A stretch of 64,000 nt of DNA from a bacterium (GCA_965204535.1 CBDBEV010000001.1:1056001-1120000), one strand, 5' to 3'; shown: positions 20,208 through 36,025, counted from the first letter of the stretch. The notes: a model not told the origin generated them from the sequence alone. Numbers and translations: made by a program.

Positions 20208-20450
20208 GGGGTTGTTGAGAAAGCCCCCTTTTTCAGGGGATAAAGGCACCCTCCCTACCCCCCCCTGTCGGGGTTGTTGAAAAAATCCTGATATCGTGAT
20301 TCGGTGTATGGAGCTGACCAGGGAAGAGACTGTCGGGACAGGTCGCGACCTGTCCCTGCGAGGCGTTGTGGTTTTGTTCGTCATTCCGGCCTTGAGCCGG
20401 AGTGACGGCGGTGGCCGGTTCCGGCCGAGGATGACTTTTTCAACAACCCC
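20208..20450. mobile_element. Nested MITE with IS1182-like ends and REP cargo
   Basis: Left ends at 20208 and 20270 (the latter after loop CTGTC of a truncated C-run arm); right end TTTTTCAACAACCCC ends at 20450; the unit sits inside hairpin CGCCCGCCGG/CCGGCGGGCG. Confidence 0.7.
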
Positions 20451-20498
20451 GCCAACCGGCGGGCGAAAAGATACGTCGATGAGAGGAATTTCGAGGTC

Positions 20499-21311
20499 AT
20501 GCCGATACTCTTGCGTGACATCTGGGCAATAGAAAATCTCACGGATTTCAAAGTCCACTACGCCCGATGGAACGGCGCATCCCAGCCTTTGGAGGTTTGG
20601 TTGAACGACAGGCGCGCCTGGCGAGGTTGGCAGGAATACCGCCCAAAACGTAACGATTTCAACAGGCAGTATATTTTCTCGTTGATGCAGTTTTACCACG
20701 AAACCGATATCTGGCTATTCGGCGGTGTATTCGAGGTCGTGGAACGCCATGACGATAGATACGAAGTTGAACTGACCGATCAAGGAAAAGAATTCATCGG
20801 TCGCTTGAAGTTGCGCTCCCCATTTCGAGGCCGGGGAACACGTCTTAATTTCGAGAATCATTTTGAACGATTCAAAGTTCAGGAAATTCTGCGGGAGCCG
20901 TATTCGGGGCGTTCTTTTCCCGGTTATGAAGATGTCGACTTGTCGTTCGCAGAGTTAGAAACACTGGTGCGAAATGACAGGCCGGACTGGAAAGGCGCGC
21001 TTGAGAGCGTGAAAGGCGTCTATTTGATCACCGACACCAAAGCGGAAAAAAGGTATGTGGGCTCCGCCTATGGCGATCAGGGAGTGTGGTCCCGTTGGAG
21101 TCAATACATCGAGAGCGGGCATGGCGGAAATGTCGAACTGAGCGAGTGGCTCGACGCTCAAGGAGGGGTGGATTACGGTCGTGTTCATTTCCGTTTCACT
21201 CTTTTGGAGCATCGGGCTGCTCGAGCGCCTGACGACCTTATCCTTGGGCGCGAGGAATTCTGGAAGCGCATACTCATGACGCGCGGCAAGCAGGGGTTCA
21301 ATTGCAACTGA
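20499..21311 (+). CDS. GIY-YIG nuclease family protein
   Basis: GVYLITD...YVGSA...RW..Y...REEFWK...N; more AT-rich than neighbours. Confidence 0.85.
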   Translation: MPILLRDIWAIENLTDFKVHYARWNGASQPLEVWLNDRRAWRGWQEYRPKRNDFNRQYIFSLMQFYHETDIWLFGGVFEVVERHDDRYEVELTDQGKEFIGRLKLRSPFRGRGTRLNFENHFERFKVQEILREPYSGRSFPGYEDVDLSFAELETLVRNDRPDWKGALESVKGVYLITDTKAEKRYVGSAYGDQGVWSRWSQYIESGHGGNVELSEWLDAQGGVDYGRVHFRFTLLEHRAARAPDDLILGREEFWKRILMTRGKQGFNCN

Positions 21312-21314
21312 TGC

Positions 21315-21575
21315 GGGGCTGTTGAAAAGCCTGTTGCAGCAGGTTTTGCTCGTCATTCCGGCGCATGCCGGAATCCAGAACCGATGAGAAGGATAAACGG
21401 CGGCGCCACATTTCCTCGCCCATTCGCCGGAAATGACGGAAAAAAACAAAAGACAAAATCCCTGGATTCCGGCATGCGCCGGAGTGACGATCCAGGGCGA
21501 ATGACGTGTATGCCTGTAGGGGCCGTTCGTGAACGGCCCTTGCCGGAGAAACGGGCGCTTCACGAAGCGCCCCTA
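21315..21575. repeat. IS1182-like left end followed by paired REP palindromes
   Basis: GGGGCTGTTGAAAA at 21315; inverted pair CGTCATTCCGGCGCATGCCGGAATCCAG / CTGGATTCCGGCATGCGCCGGAGTGACG; GTAGGGG...CCCCTAC pair. Confidence 0.8.
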
Positions 21576-21949
21576 CGGGTTCGTTTCTAAACGCAAGAGA
21601 TGCGTAGGGGCGGGTTTTCTCCCACCCGGGCATCGCTTTGGAGTCGGACACCGAGGGTGGCCGGAGCGATCGAATTGATGCGATGAAGCCGGATCGCGCC
21701 GAACTCGTCAGTATCCCCGCTGAAAAAAATTCTTGAATCCCTCCCTCTCTCCATGCTCTAATGAGTGCGTCAGCACCACGACAGCGAACGTCCATGCCCG
21801 GAGGCGCGTATGCAGACCCACATTCCGCCTCGAACCGACCGCCATCTCGCGCGTCATGTTCCGCCCGCCTCCGTTGCAGCCCTACCCCCCGGCGCCATAG
21901 AAAATGCCTTCGAAAAACAAGCGGATTTCACCAGAATTGGAGTGAACCC

Positions 21950-23356
<1,407 letters not shown>

Positions 23357-23428
23357 GGCGGTAGAGTTGCCGACTATGGAGCTCTTGATTCTTGAAGCGT
23401 GATTCTTTCGTCGGGTACTCAGAAAGAT

Positions 23429-23459
23429 AAAAGCGCCCGCCGTCCCGCGGGCGTTTTTC
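23429..23459. terminator. Bidirectional terminator between amt and the TA locus
   Basis: AAAAGCGCCCGC...GCGGGCGTTTTT. Confidence 0.75.
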
Positions 23460-23880
23460 ATGCGTGGGAATACAGGGTGAAATCCCTGTCGAGCCATAAG
23501 ACATGGAACATGGTTCTGTCTCGATATCCCACCATGGGGCGTCTGCCGAAAAAACGGAAAGCGAGGAGGTTCACCTCGTCCGTGATGTGTGGCGGCATCG
23601 ATGCCTTGATTTGATTTCGAGGTATCTTTTCATATCCGGTTGCGTGTCTGTTCGAGCTCGCGATCTGATTCCAGGTCAATCGACTCAATTTGTCGAGGGT
23701 GTCGGCGAAGGCGGCTTTTTCGTCTCTTTGACAATTTTTCAGGGAATGTTCCCTTTGACTCAAATAGCGAAGCGAAAACTTGGGCGGGAGCGTTTGCGGG
23801 GAAACGCCGCGAGAAGAACCGGGTTTTATTCTCTCCCCTTTGTTCCTTCTGTCTTTGGGCCTAATCCGCCTCTTCGCCAT
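23458..23880 (-). CDS. Putative toxin partner of the Panacea antitoxin (RelE-like, inferred)
   Basis: Basic 140-aa ORF overlapping the antitoxin stop; FRF...MVGYR...FHVLWLD..F.LY.H C-terminus. Confidence 0.7.
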   Translation of the reverse strand: MAKRRIRPKDRRNKGERIKPGSSRGVSPQTLPPKFSLRYLSQREHSLKNCQRDEKAAFADTLDKLSRLTWNQIASSNRHATGYEKIPRNQIKASMPPHITDEVNLLAFRFFGRRPMVGYRDRTMFHVLWLDRDFTLYSHA

Positions 23881-24313
23881 TTTCCATCTGGGCCTTGAAA
23901 TACGTTTTCATGGATCGGTTCGAGATGGCTTCCCTCTTCTCGGAAGCGACTCGCCAAGGCGCATCTTCGTGCGTCATGTTTCTCAGCTTCCAGGCCGAAA
24001 ATTGTCCGTAGACGTCATAGACCTCATCGAGAAATTCCTTTTCTTCGTCGTTGAATTTGCTGAAATCCATGTTTTCGGGGTTCGGAATCGGAGCGGAGCC
24101 GTATTCCTTGTATTCCCGGAACAGGTTCGGGATGACGGGACCATACAGCCATGCCTCGATGCGGTCCTCGAACAGCGGCTCGTCATAAAGCGCCAGATGA
24201 TAGCCCTGCGCATAGTAGACGAGCTTTTGCAATTTCATGTTCGAGATCAGATCGCCCGCGTCCTCATCCTGAAGCGAGAGAAAATACTCGGCTACGTCTT
24301 TGCAGGTAAGCAA
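23861..24313 (-). CDS. Panacea-domain (DUF4065/GepA) antitoxin
   Basis: SNMKLQKLVYYAQG..LF...IEAW.YGPV...L.NMTH...PW. Confidence 0.9.
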   Translation of the reverse strand: MLTCKDVAEYFLSLQDEDAGDLISNMKLQKLVYYAQGYHLALYDEPLFEDRIEAWLYGPVIPNLFREYKEYGSAPIPNPENMDFSKFNDEEKEFLDEVYDVYGQFSAWKLRNMTHEDAPWRVASEKREAISNRSMKTYFKAQMENGEEAD

Positions 24314-24382
24314 TGGAGTTCCTCAAAAGAAAACAGGCATGGAATGAGGGGCGGTGTCCGCCCGGCGCGTATACGTCTGAAA

Positions 24383-24412
24383 ATTGTATATACCGCAAAA
24401 ACGCCTTGTCAA
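24383..24412 (-). promoter_or_regulatory. sigma70 promoter of the TA locus
   Basis: TTGACA-N18-TACAAT on the minus strand. Confidence 0.7.
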
Positions 24413-24474
24413 CGAAAAGCGGAGGCGTTTCGTCGAACGCCCTCGCCGATGGTTTCCGGGCGGCTTTCTTCTCC

Positions 24475-25227
24475 TCACCCCAACCCGAAATACGCCTTGA
24501 TGCGTCTGGCCGCCTCTTCGGAGACGCCGCGCATCACCTCGGCCACGCGCTCGGGCGAGGTGTCCTCAATCACGCCGTACCAGCCCGATTCGTACATCTC
24601 GCGCACGTCCCTGGGGATGTAGTAGACCGCCGGGTCGCGCCGGGCCGCGTCGCTCTTCGCTCCGTGATCCATGGGGGATGCGTCCGTGGCGAGTTCCAGG
24701 TGCGCGAGTTCGGGCCTGTCGGCGAGCACGGGCAGGACTTCGAGTTCCCCGCCATGCGTCAGGCCTACCTTCTCCCCATAGAGGTTCTTGGCGATGAAGT
24801 GCGCGTGAACGATGAGGATCCGCAAACCCTCGTGCGCGTTCTGGGCGTCTTCGGCCGCAATCTCCATCGCCGGCAGGTTGCGCTCGTGCCAGTTCAGAAA
24901 CACCACCTTCCGCGCCCCGTGCTGGTGGAGGCTGCCGACGACGTCGCGCATCAGGCGGATCATGGTCTCGGAGCGAAGCGACACCGTGCCGCCGAAGCCC
25001 ATGTGCAGGGGGGTGACGCCGAAGGGGCAGAAATCGACCAGCAGCCCGCCGGTGATGGCCGCGACCCGCCTCGCGAACGACTCCGCCGCGTAGTAGTCCG
25101 TCCCCATCGGCAGGTGGGCGCCGTGCTGCTCCACGCTGCCCAGGGGAATGATGGCGAGGCCGGTTTCCTCCAAAATCTTCTCGGCTTCGGGGTTCGTCAT
25201 CTCCATCAGCGTGCGCGCTTTTTCCAT
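24475..25227 (-). CDS. Creatininase family amidohydrolase (second paralog)
   Basis: GSVEQHGAHLPMGTD, NWH and HGGELE motifs. Confidence 0.9.
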   Translation of the reverse strand: MEKARTLMEMTNPEAEKILEETGLAIIPLGSVEQHGAHLPMGTDYYAAESFARRVAAITGGLLVDFCPFGVTPLHMGFGGTVSLRSETMIRLMRDVVGSLHQHGARKVVFLNWHERNLPAMEIAAEDAQNAHEGLRILIVHAHFIAKNLYGEKVGLTHGGELEVLPVLADRPELAHLELATDASPMDHGAKSDAARRDPAVYYIPRDVREMYESGWYGVIEDTSPERVAEVMRGVSEEAARRIKAYFGLG

Positions 25228-25231
25228 GGCT

Positions 25232-25657
25232 TTATGACTCCTCGTCTTGCTCCTGCGCCGATGCGGGAATCGGGCCTTTGGTTTCCATGAGTTCGATCAC
25301 CACCCCGTCGGGTCCCTGGAAGTAGAGGTATTTGAGGTGCGGCATGTCGTCTTCCTCCACGATGGGGACGCCGCGCCCGGTGAGGGTCGCGCGGGCGGCC
25401 TCGAGTTCTCCCTCGCCCACGTAGAAGCCGATGTGGTCGACGCCCAGCCGGGGGGTGCGGCCCGGCGGGTCGGGATTTTCTCCGGGCCGGACGCCCCGAA
25501 CGATGAGCATCCCGCCGCCGATCATGAGCTTGGTCTGGGGCGCTCCTTTGCGCTCGCGCGAATCGACGACGCGCGCGCCCAGGATTTCGCGGTAGAAGCG
25601 CACCGCCTCGTCATGGTCCGTATGGAGGATGTGCGCGTGCTCGTAGGTGAGTTTCAT
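25232..25657 (-). CDS. VOC/glyoxalase family protein
   Basis: MKLTYEHAHI...RFYREILG...DHIGF...YFQGPDGVVIELM. Confidence 0.88.
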   Translation of the reverse strand: MKLTYEHAHILHTDHDEAVRFYREILGARVVDSRERKGAPQTKLMIGGGMLIVRGVRPGENPDPPGRTPRLGVDHIGFYVGEGELEAARATLTGRGVPIVEEDDMPHLKYLYFQGPDGVVIELMETKGPIPASAQEQDEES

Positions 25658-25992
25658 GGCGGTTCTTCTTTCAGGCGCGCCGGGAGGGCGCGCGCTCGAT
25701 AAAATTTTCCCGTACGTGACTGAAGTCGGACGACCCGCATTCTGGCGCAAAAGACCCTTTTTTTGAAGAGAGGGCCGCGAATTTCGCCTCCCCTGGAGGC
25801 GGTGAAGCCCTGGAAGCGAGGTTGGTGGGACGTCGTCGCCGCACGCCGGGGAACGCCCGGTGCTTTGCGAATCGGGGCGAATCGTTGTATACACACTTCT
25901 TCCAACCCAACCCGGCCGCCAACGCGGGACGGCTTGAGGAGGAGCCGGGCGGAGGGGTTTGGATGATCAACATCCCGCTGGAGGCAATTCCT

Positions 25993-26790
25993 GTGGCGCA
26001 AGCAGTATGCAACGGAGTCCAGATTTCCTACGACGACAATGGCATGAGCACCCCGACCCCTCCCATCGTCTTCATACATGGGCACGGGCTGAACCGCTCG
26101 ATGTGGGAGCGCCAGAAACTCGCGCTCCGGGGCACGCAACGGGTCCTGACGTATGACCTGAGAGGGCATGGCCGATCGGAAAAACCCCCGACGGGATACG
26201 GCCGCGACATCGAGGTCGCGGACCTCCTCGATTTGATCGAGCATGCCCGCATCCCCAAGGCCCACCTCGTGGGCTTGAGCCGCGGCGCCGGAATCGCCCT
26301 CGCTTTCGCCTCGGCGCACCCCGACAGGACGGCGTCGGTCATCGCGATGGGACCGGGTTATGACTATCCCCGCCTCATGCCCGAGTTCGCCGATCAGAGG
26401 CTCCAGACCATGGCCACCCTGAGAGCCGAGGGGCTGCGGGCGGCCAAGGATTACTGGGCGGACCTGCCCATCTTCGCTTCGGTGAGAGAAAACGAGGACG
26501 CCGCCGATTGGGCGGAGGATATGCTCCTCACCTACACGGGCGCGCATTGGCTCGACCAGAATCCTCCGCAGGATGCCTCGCTCGCGAACATCGCCGCCAA
26601 AGTCACGGCGCCCACGCTCCTCATGGTGGGCGAGAAGGATCTGCCCGGCTTCCATGACTGCGCGGACGAATTGGCCGCGAAGATAGAGGGCGCCGAGAAG
26701 GTGGTGGTTCCGGGCGTGGGGCACCTGATGGCGATCGAGGACACCGAAGCGGTGACGGAGCACATCTCCGCGTTCCTGGCGAAACAATAG
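25993..26790 (+). CDS. Alpha/beta hydrolase
   Basis: FIHG, YDLRGHGRS, GLSRG nucleophile elbow, GEKD, GH; GTG start after GGAGG (ATG 25963 is an alternative). Confidence 0.88.
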   Translation: MAQAVCNGVQISYDDNGMSTPTPPIVFIHGHGLNRSMWERQKLALRGTQRVLTYDLRGHGRSEKPPTGYGRDIEVADLLDLIEHARIPKAHLVGLSRGAGIALAFASAHPDRTASVIAMGPGYDYPRLMPEFADQRLQTMATLRAEGLRAAKDYWADLPIFASVRENEDAADWAEDMLLTYTGAHWLDQNPPQDASLANIAAKVTAPTLLMVGEKDLPGFHDCADELAAKIEGAEKVVVPGVGHLMAIEDTEAVTEHISAFLAKQ

Positions 26791-26877
26791 GGGAAGATTC
26801 CGAATCGCGCGCGCTCTTCTCTTCGGGCGGCACGACACGGAACGGAGTGATTTTCTGAGAACGGGACGCGGCGGAGA

Positions 26878-28638
26878 TTGGCCTTGAGTCCATTTTCCGA
26901 AGTCAGAAGAATAGAGACGGACGTGCTCATCATCGGCGGCGGCGTCGCCGGCATGATGGCGGCGGTGGGCTGCGTCCGCTCTGGCGTCAAGCCCGTCCTC
27001 ATCACGAAAGCGACGTTTCCCTCCGGCAGTTCATCCATGGCGCGCGGCGGATACACCGCGGCGATGGGCCACTCCGAACCCACCGACAAGCCCGAATTCC
27101 TGTACGAGGATTCCATCGAGGCGAGTTATGGAATCTGCAACCACCGCTTGATGCGCATCATGAGCGAGGAGGCCATCGACAGAACGGTCGAACTCGACGC
27201 CTGGGGTCTGGGCCTCATCAGGATGGAAGATGGCAGATACCACCAGAAAAAAAGCGCCTCGCACCGCTTCCCGCGCCTCCTTCACTGCGGAAAGCTGATG
27301 GGCAAGCCGCTCATGCAGTCTCTGGCGAAAAAGATGCGCGAATGGGGCGTGGAGACGATCCAGCACGCCATTTTCGTGGACCTGATGAAAGAAGGCGAAC
27401 GCGTCGTCGGGGCGTGGGGGTTCTTGTATCGCGAGGGAATCCCCGTCGTGGTCCACGCGCGCTCGACCATCATGGCCACGGGCGGCGCACCGCAACTCCA
27501 CGAGGTGAACGACTCGCCGCCCTACATCTCGGGCGACGGCTACACCATGGCGCTGCGCGCAGGCGCCGAGTTGATAGACATGGAGTTCATCGACTATCAA
27601 CTCCTGGCGGCCGCGCCGCTCAAGATCCGGGGCTATCCGCCCCACACGAGCGGCTTCATCAACGCGGGCGCTTATCTCTACAACAAGGACGGCGAACGCT
27701 TCATGTGGAACTACGACCCCGAGCGCGGCGAGCGCGCCACGCGCGCCGTGGTGAACCGGGGGGTGGGCATGGAGATATATGAGGGGCGCGGCACGGAGAG
27801 CCACGGCATCTATCTCGACGCGCGCCACGTGATCGAGGAGGTGAACGACGGCGCCACGGCGGACATCATCCGCGTCTTCAAGACCCAGGGCGTCGACATG
27901 GCGGATTCCCCCATCGAGGTGGCGAGCGGCCCGCACACCTATCTGGGCGGCATCAGGATAGACGAGTGGGGCCGCACGAATCTGTCGGGTTTCTACGCGG
28001 GAGGCGAGGCCGCCGGCGGCGTCCACGGGGCGAACCGCACGGGCGGCGCGGCCCTGGCGGACAGCTACGTCTTCGGGCTTCGCTCAGGGATAGGCGCGGC
28101 CTGCGAGGGAGCACGGCTCGAAAAACCGGATCCGGAAAGCGGCGGCTGGCGGGAGGGAATCGAGAAACTGCGCGCGCGCGAGGGAAAGGCGAACGGTCCC
28201 GACGACAAGCATCTTCGCCTGGAGGTGCAGCGCGTGGGGGTCGAGGGAATCGGGCAGATTCGCGAAAGAAAGAGGCTCGAGAAAGCCCTTGCGCGGCTCG
28301 ATGAGCTCGAAGCCGAGAACGAACTGGCCGCCGTGGCCGGCGATATGCCCCGCAAGCGCTTCGACTGCATGAGGCGAATCGAGGAGACACACAACCTGAT
28401 CGGCGTGGCGCGCATGCTCGCCGTGGCGGCTCTCTTTCGCACGGAGAGCCGCGGCGGACATTTCCGGATGGACCATCCCGACATCAGCGAGGCGTGGCGC
28501 TGCAACATCGTGCTCTCGCTCGAGAACGGCGAGGTTGAGCCCAGGCGCGAGGCGGTGGTCGGTGAGGACGCCGCTGCGGCGGAGCCTGATGAGCCGCCCA
28601 CCACGTCGGCGCTCGTGGAGCAAGCGGGAGTCGGCTAG
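26878..28638 (+). CDS. Stand-alone SdhA/FrdA/NadB-family flavoprotein
   Basis: GGGVAG, ATGG, GDG, HTYLGGI, HGANR and ESRGGHFR motifs. Confidence 0.88.
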   Translation: MALSPFSEVRRIETDVLIIGGGVAGMMAAVGCVRSGVKPVLITKATFPSGSSSMARGGYTAAMGHSEPTDKPEFLYEDSIEASYGICNHRLMRIMSEEAIDRTVELDAWGLGLIRMEDGRYHQKKSASHRFPRLLHCGKLMGKPLMQSLAKKMREWGVETIQHAIFVDLMKEGERVVGAWGFLYREGIPVVVHARSTIMATGGAPQLHEVNDSPPYISGDGYTMALRAGAELIDMEFIDYQLLAAAPLKIRGYPPHTSGFINAGAYLYNKDGERFMWNYDPERGERATRAVVNRGVGMEIYEGRGTESHGIYLDARHVIEEVNDGATADIIRVFKTQGVDMADSPIEVASGPHTYLGGIRIDEWGRTNLSGFYAGGEAAGGVHGANRTGGAALADSYVFGLRSGIGAACEGARLEKPDPESGGWREGIEKLRAREGKANGPDDKHLRLEVQRVGVEGIGQIRERKRLEKALARLDELEAENELAAVAGDMPRKRFDCMRRIEETHNLIGVARMLAVAALFRTESRGGHFRMDHPDISEAWRCNIVLSLENGEVEPRREAVVGEDAAAAEPDEPPTTSALVEQAGVG

Positions 28639-28767
28639 AAAATTTTTCCGATCTTTGGTCATGTTCGTTCTTCCGATTTTTGGCGCACTGCAATAACCCA
28701 ATAAAAACAATCAGTTGAAGAAGCGTTCGAATTCCTGAAAAAAAGCGAAATAATTCGGGTTTTTTCT

Positions 28768-28796
28768 TTGACAAAGCCGTCTCGAACCACTATATT
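28768..28796 (+). promoter_or_regulatory. rrn promoter P1
   Basis: TTGACA-N17-TATATT with an A/T-rich UP-like region. Confidence 0.8.
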
Positions 28797-28927
28797 TCGC
28801 CAGCCTTGAGGGCCAAGAAAACGACAGTGTGATTTGCGCGGGTGGCTGCATGAGTTACGGGAGCTTTTTCCTTGAGGGGTAAGGGCTTCACGGTTGGTTT
28901 TTTCGCGCAAATCCAGGAATTTCCCGG

Positions 28928-28957
28928 TTGACACGAATCGTCGGCCGTTGGTATTCT
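28928..28957 (+). promoter_or_regulatory. rrn promoter P2
   Basis: TTGACA-N18-TATTCT with extended TG. Confidence 0.7.
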
Positions 28958-28985
28958 GATAGTTCCTTCTTGATTCAAGAAGATA

Positions 28986-28997
28986 TGCTCTTTGAAA
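28986..28997 (+). promoter_or_regulatory. boxA antiterminator (second copy in spacer at 31340)
   Basis: TGCTCTTTGAAA. Confidence 0.8.
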
Positions 28998-29119
28998 AAA
29001 GAATAGGATATGTGACGGACCTGAACGGGCTCAGTAGTACAATTCCCGATTGAACCCAAAGGGATGGGAAGCCCCCCGGGAAACCGGAGAGGTATTTTTC
29101 CCTTTGGAACCAGATATAT

Positions 29120-30679
<1,560 letters not shown>

Positions 30680-30993
30680 TGCTGAAAGATTCGTTTTCAA
30701 AAAGCACGGGAGGGGAGAGAGGGCGTTTTCATCATCTGGTGAGAACGAGCCGCTCTCTTGCCTGAGGATCGTGCGACGCCGCCTCGCGCCTTTGGCGCAT
30801 GGCAGGATGATTGCAAAACGAATCGGCGCTTCAAGGTCGATGGCCCGTCTCGGGCCGTCCATATCCTGTTCTTGATAATTACGCCACAGCGGGTATGCGG
30901 ATTGTCCCGGATTCGAGATATGCGAATTCCGGCTGAATGCCTGGGTGAGGCCCGATGCGGAAATGGAGTTTCTTGCCGCGCGGGCGAGGTCGC

Positions 30994-31070
30994 GGGCCTA
31001 TAGCTCAGTTGGTCAGAGCGCGCGCCTGATAAGCGCGAGGTCCCTGGTTCAAATCCAGGTAGGCCCACCA
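30994..31070 (+). tRNA. tRNA-Ile(GAT)
   Basis: Cloverleaf, CTGATAA anticodon loop, CCA end. Confidence 0.98.
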
Positions 31071-31193
31071 TATCGGAATGGATGGGGATGATACGCATGG
31101 CATGAAACGCCGGAAGCGATGGCGTGGATGGACCGTTGAGCGGAACCGCGCAGGCTCATCGTCGCGGGCCGGTCCCTGAAGCGAATTCGAAAT

Positions 31194-31269
31194 GGGGATG
31201 TAGCTCAGTCGGGAGAGCGCCTGGTTTGCAACCAGGAGGTCGGCGGTTCGAGCCCGCTCATCTCCACCA
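31194..31269 (+). tRNA. tRNA-Ala(TGC)
   Basis: Cloverleaf, TTTGCAA loop, G3:U70 pair, CCA end. Confidence 0.98.
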
Positions 31270-31423
31270 TCTGGATCGGCGGTCAGTGGCGATGAATTTG
31301 AATTCTTCAGCAAATCGGGCGGGAGTTTCTTCCGCCTTTTGCTCTTTGACAATCGAATCGCGTGAATTGGCATAATCATTGAAGGCTCTCAGTATTGACT
31401 GAGAATCTGAAATCTCAAGATTC

Positions 31424-34413
<2,990 letters not shown>

Positions 34414-34497
34414 GATTCGAGATTTCATTCATCGGTTCTCGGTCGAGAGCAAGATGTCGCCAATTGCGTGATTTGATTGTCGGAAATTTTCCAGTAT

Positions 34498-34613
34498 TTC
34501 CGGTGGCTATAGCGGCGGGGCCACACCCGTTCCCATCCCGAACACGGCAGTTAAGCCCGCCAGCGCCTATGGTACTGCGGTCCTTTCCGTGGGAGAGTGG
34601 GTCGTCGCCGGAA
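34498..34613 (+). rRNA. rrf: 5S rRNA
   Basis: CCCATCCCGAACAC..GTTAAG motif, paired ends. Confidence 0.97.
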
Positions 34614-34621
34614 TATGAATC

Positions 34622-34658
34622 AAAACCCCGCCGGTCTATACAGCCGGCGGGGTTTTTT
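34622..34658 (+). terminator. rrn terminator
   Basis: AAAACCCCGCCGG...CCGGCGGGGTTTTTT. Confidence 0.88.
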
Positions 34659-34697
34659 CGTCTTCTCTCGTGGACTCGCCTTGGATTTGAGTATTTC

Positions 34698-34723
34698 GTA
34701 GAGGCGGACCGATGTGTCCGCCC
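34698..34723. repeat. GTAG-REP, left arm of the pair flanking mrr
   Basis: GTAGAGGCGGACCGATGTGTCCGCCC; 23/26 inverted match to 35843-35868. Confidence 0.8.
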
Positions 34724-34908
34724 GATTCTCTTGCATATCCATTCCTCTCTCAAGTGTCGAGATTGACCTCCTCTAGTTGGTCTGAAATGATTTCGCCCGT
34801 CATTCCGGCGAATGCCGGAATCCAGGCTGAGGAGATCGGCATTCACCGCACTCCAGTTCGCAATGCCGGAATAGCACATAAGCGAATCGACTGTAGAAAG
34901 GATTACGC

Positions 34909-35787
34909 ATGACGAAACCATGGGCTATCAAATCTGACGACTTGCTTTGGCCTACCCTGAAGGCTTTGGAAGCGAAAGGAGGTTCCGCTTCTATTCAGGA
35001 ACTCTCGGAACAGATTGCGTCCGACATGAAATTGTCCGATGAAATTTTGGATGTTCCACACAAAGAAGATGGTACTCAATCCGAATTTGAATTTCGCTCT
35101 GCATGGGCGCGTACAGCTCTCAAGAAGATCGGCGCGGTTGAAAATCCGTCGAAGGGCGTTTGGACGATCACAAAGCAAGGCCGACAAATTCAGGGTGAAA
35201 ATGAAGTGCGCAATCTCAACCGGGAGTGGTGGAAGGCTTACCAAGCGCAGAAGGCGAAGGATTTTGTCGCGCCGCCGGATTCGGAGCCTGCGGATGAAAA
35301 CGACGCCGAAAATGTTGACCTGGATGAATCGGCATGGCGAGAAAAGCTACTCAACATCATTCGTTCTATTGAACCCGATGCTTTTGAACGACTTTGCCAG
35401 CGCGTGCTTCGTGAGTCGGGTTTCATAAAAGTTGATATCACGGGAAAATCCGGCGATGGCGGCATTGATGGCGTGGGCGTCTTGCGCGTCAATCTTATTT
35501 CGTTTCATGTTCGATTCCAATGTAAGAGATACACCGGGACAGTTGGCGCGAGTGCGATTCGAGATTTCAGGGGTGCTATGGTTGGCCGCGCGGATAAAGG
35601 GTTGTTTATGACCACCGGAAGATTCACTAAAGAAGCGGAACGAGAAGCAGTGAGAGACGGCGCCCCGGCCATTGACCTTATCGATGGCCTTGAACTTTGT
35701 GAGTTGTTGAAGAAATTAGAACTCGGTGTGAAGACGGAATCCATCGAGGTAATCACGCCGAATGAGGAGTTTTTCTCCGCTCTTTAG
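34909..35787 (+). CDS. mrr: Mrr-family type IV restriction endonuclease
   Basis: N-terminal Mrr_N (R.AWAR..LK...GVW.IT); FE.L...GF...DGGIDG...QCKRY...FT.EA...LIDG. Confidence 0.92.
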   Translation: MTKPWAIKSDDLLWPTLKALEAKGGSASIQELSEQIASDMKLSDEILDVPHKEDGTQSEFEFRSAWARTALKKIGAVENPSKGVWTITKQGRQIQGENEVRNLNREWWKAYQAQKAKDFVAPPDSEPADENDAENVDLDESAWREKLLNIIRSIEPDAFERLCQRVLRESGFIKVDITGKSGDGGIDGVGVLRVNLISFHVRFQCKRYTGTVGASAIRDFRGAMVGRADKGLFMTTGRFTKEAEREAVRDGAPAIDLIDGLELCELLKKLELGVKTESIEVITPNEEFFSAL

Positions 35788-35842
35788 ACTTCTAAGGTTG
35801 CTTTAATCTTCACAACTTATTGCGGGCGGTTCGCAAACGATT

Positions 35843-35868
35843 GGGCGGACACTTAGGTCCGCCCCTAC
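35843..35868. repeat. GTAG-REP, right arm
   Basis: GGGCGGACACTTAGGTCCGCCCCTAC. Confidence 0.8.
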
Positions 35869-36025
35869 GCCTTGTTTCTTTTCGCCCTGTTACGACAACC
35901 TACCTTCTCCGGCCGTAAATGCTTCCCGATAAAGCCGCTGTTTTATTCTCCGCTTTGGTGTATACTCCTTTCCATACTCGTTGAAAATTTTAAGCCGCAA
36001 TCTTGCTAACCGATGGAAGACAGCC

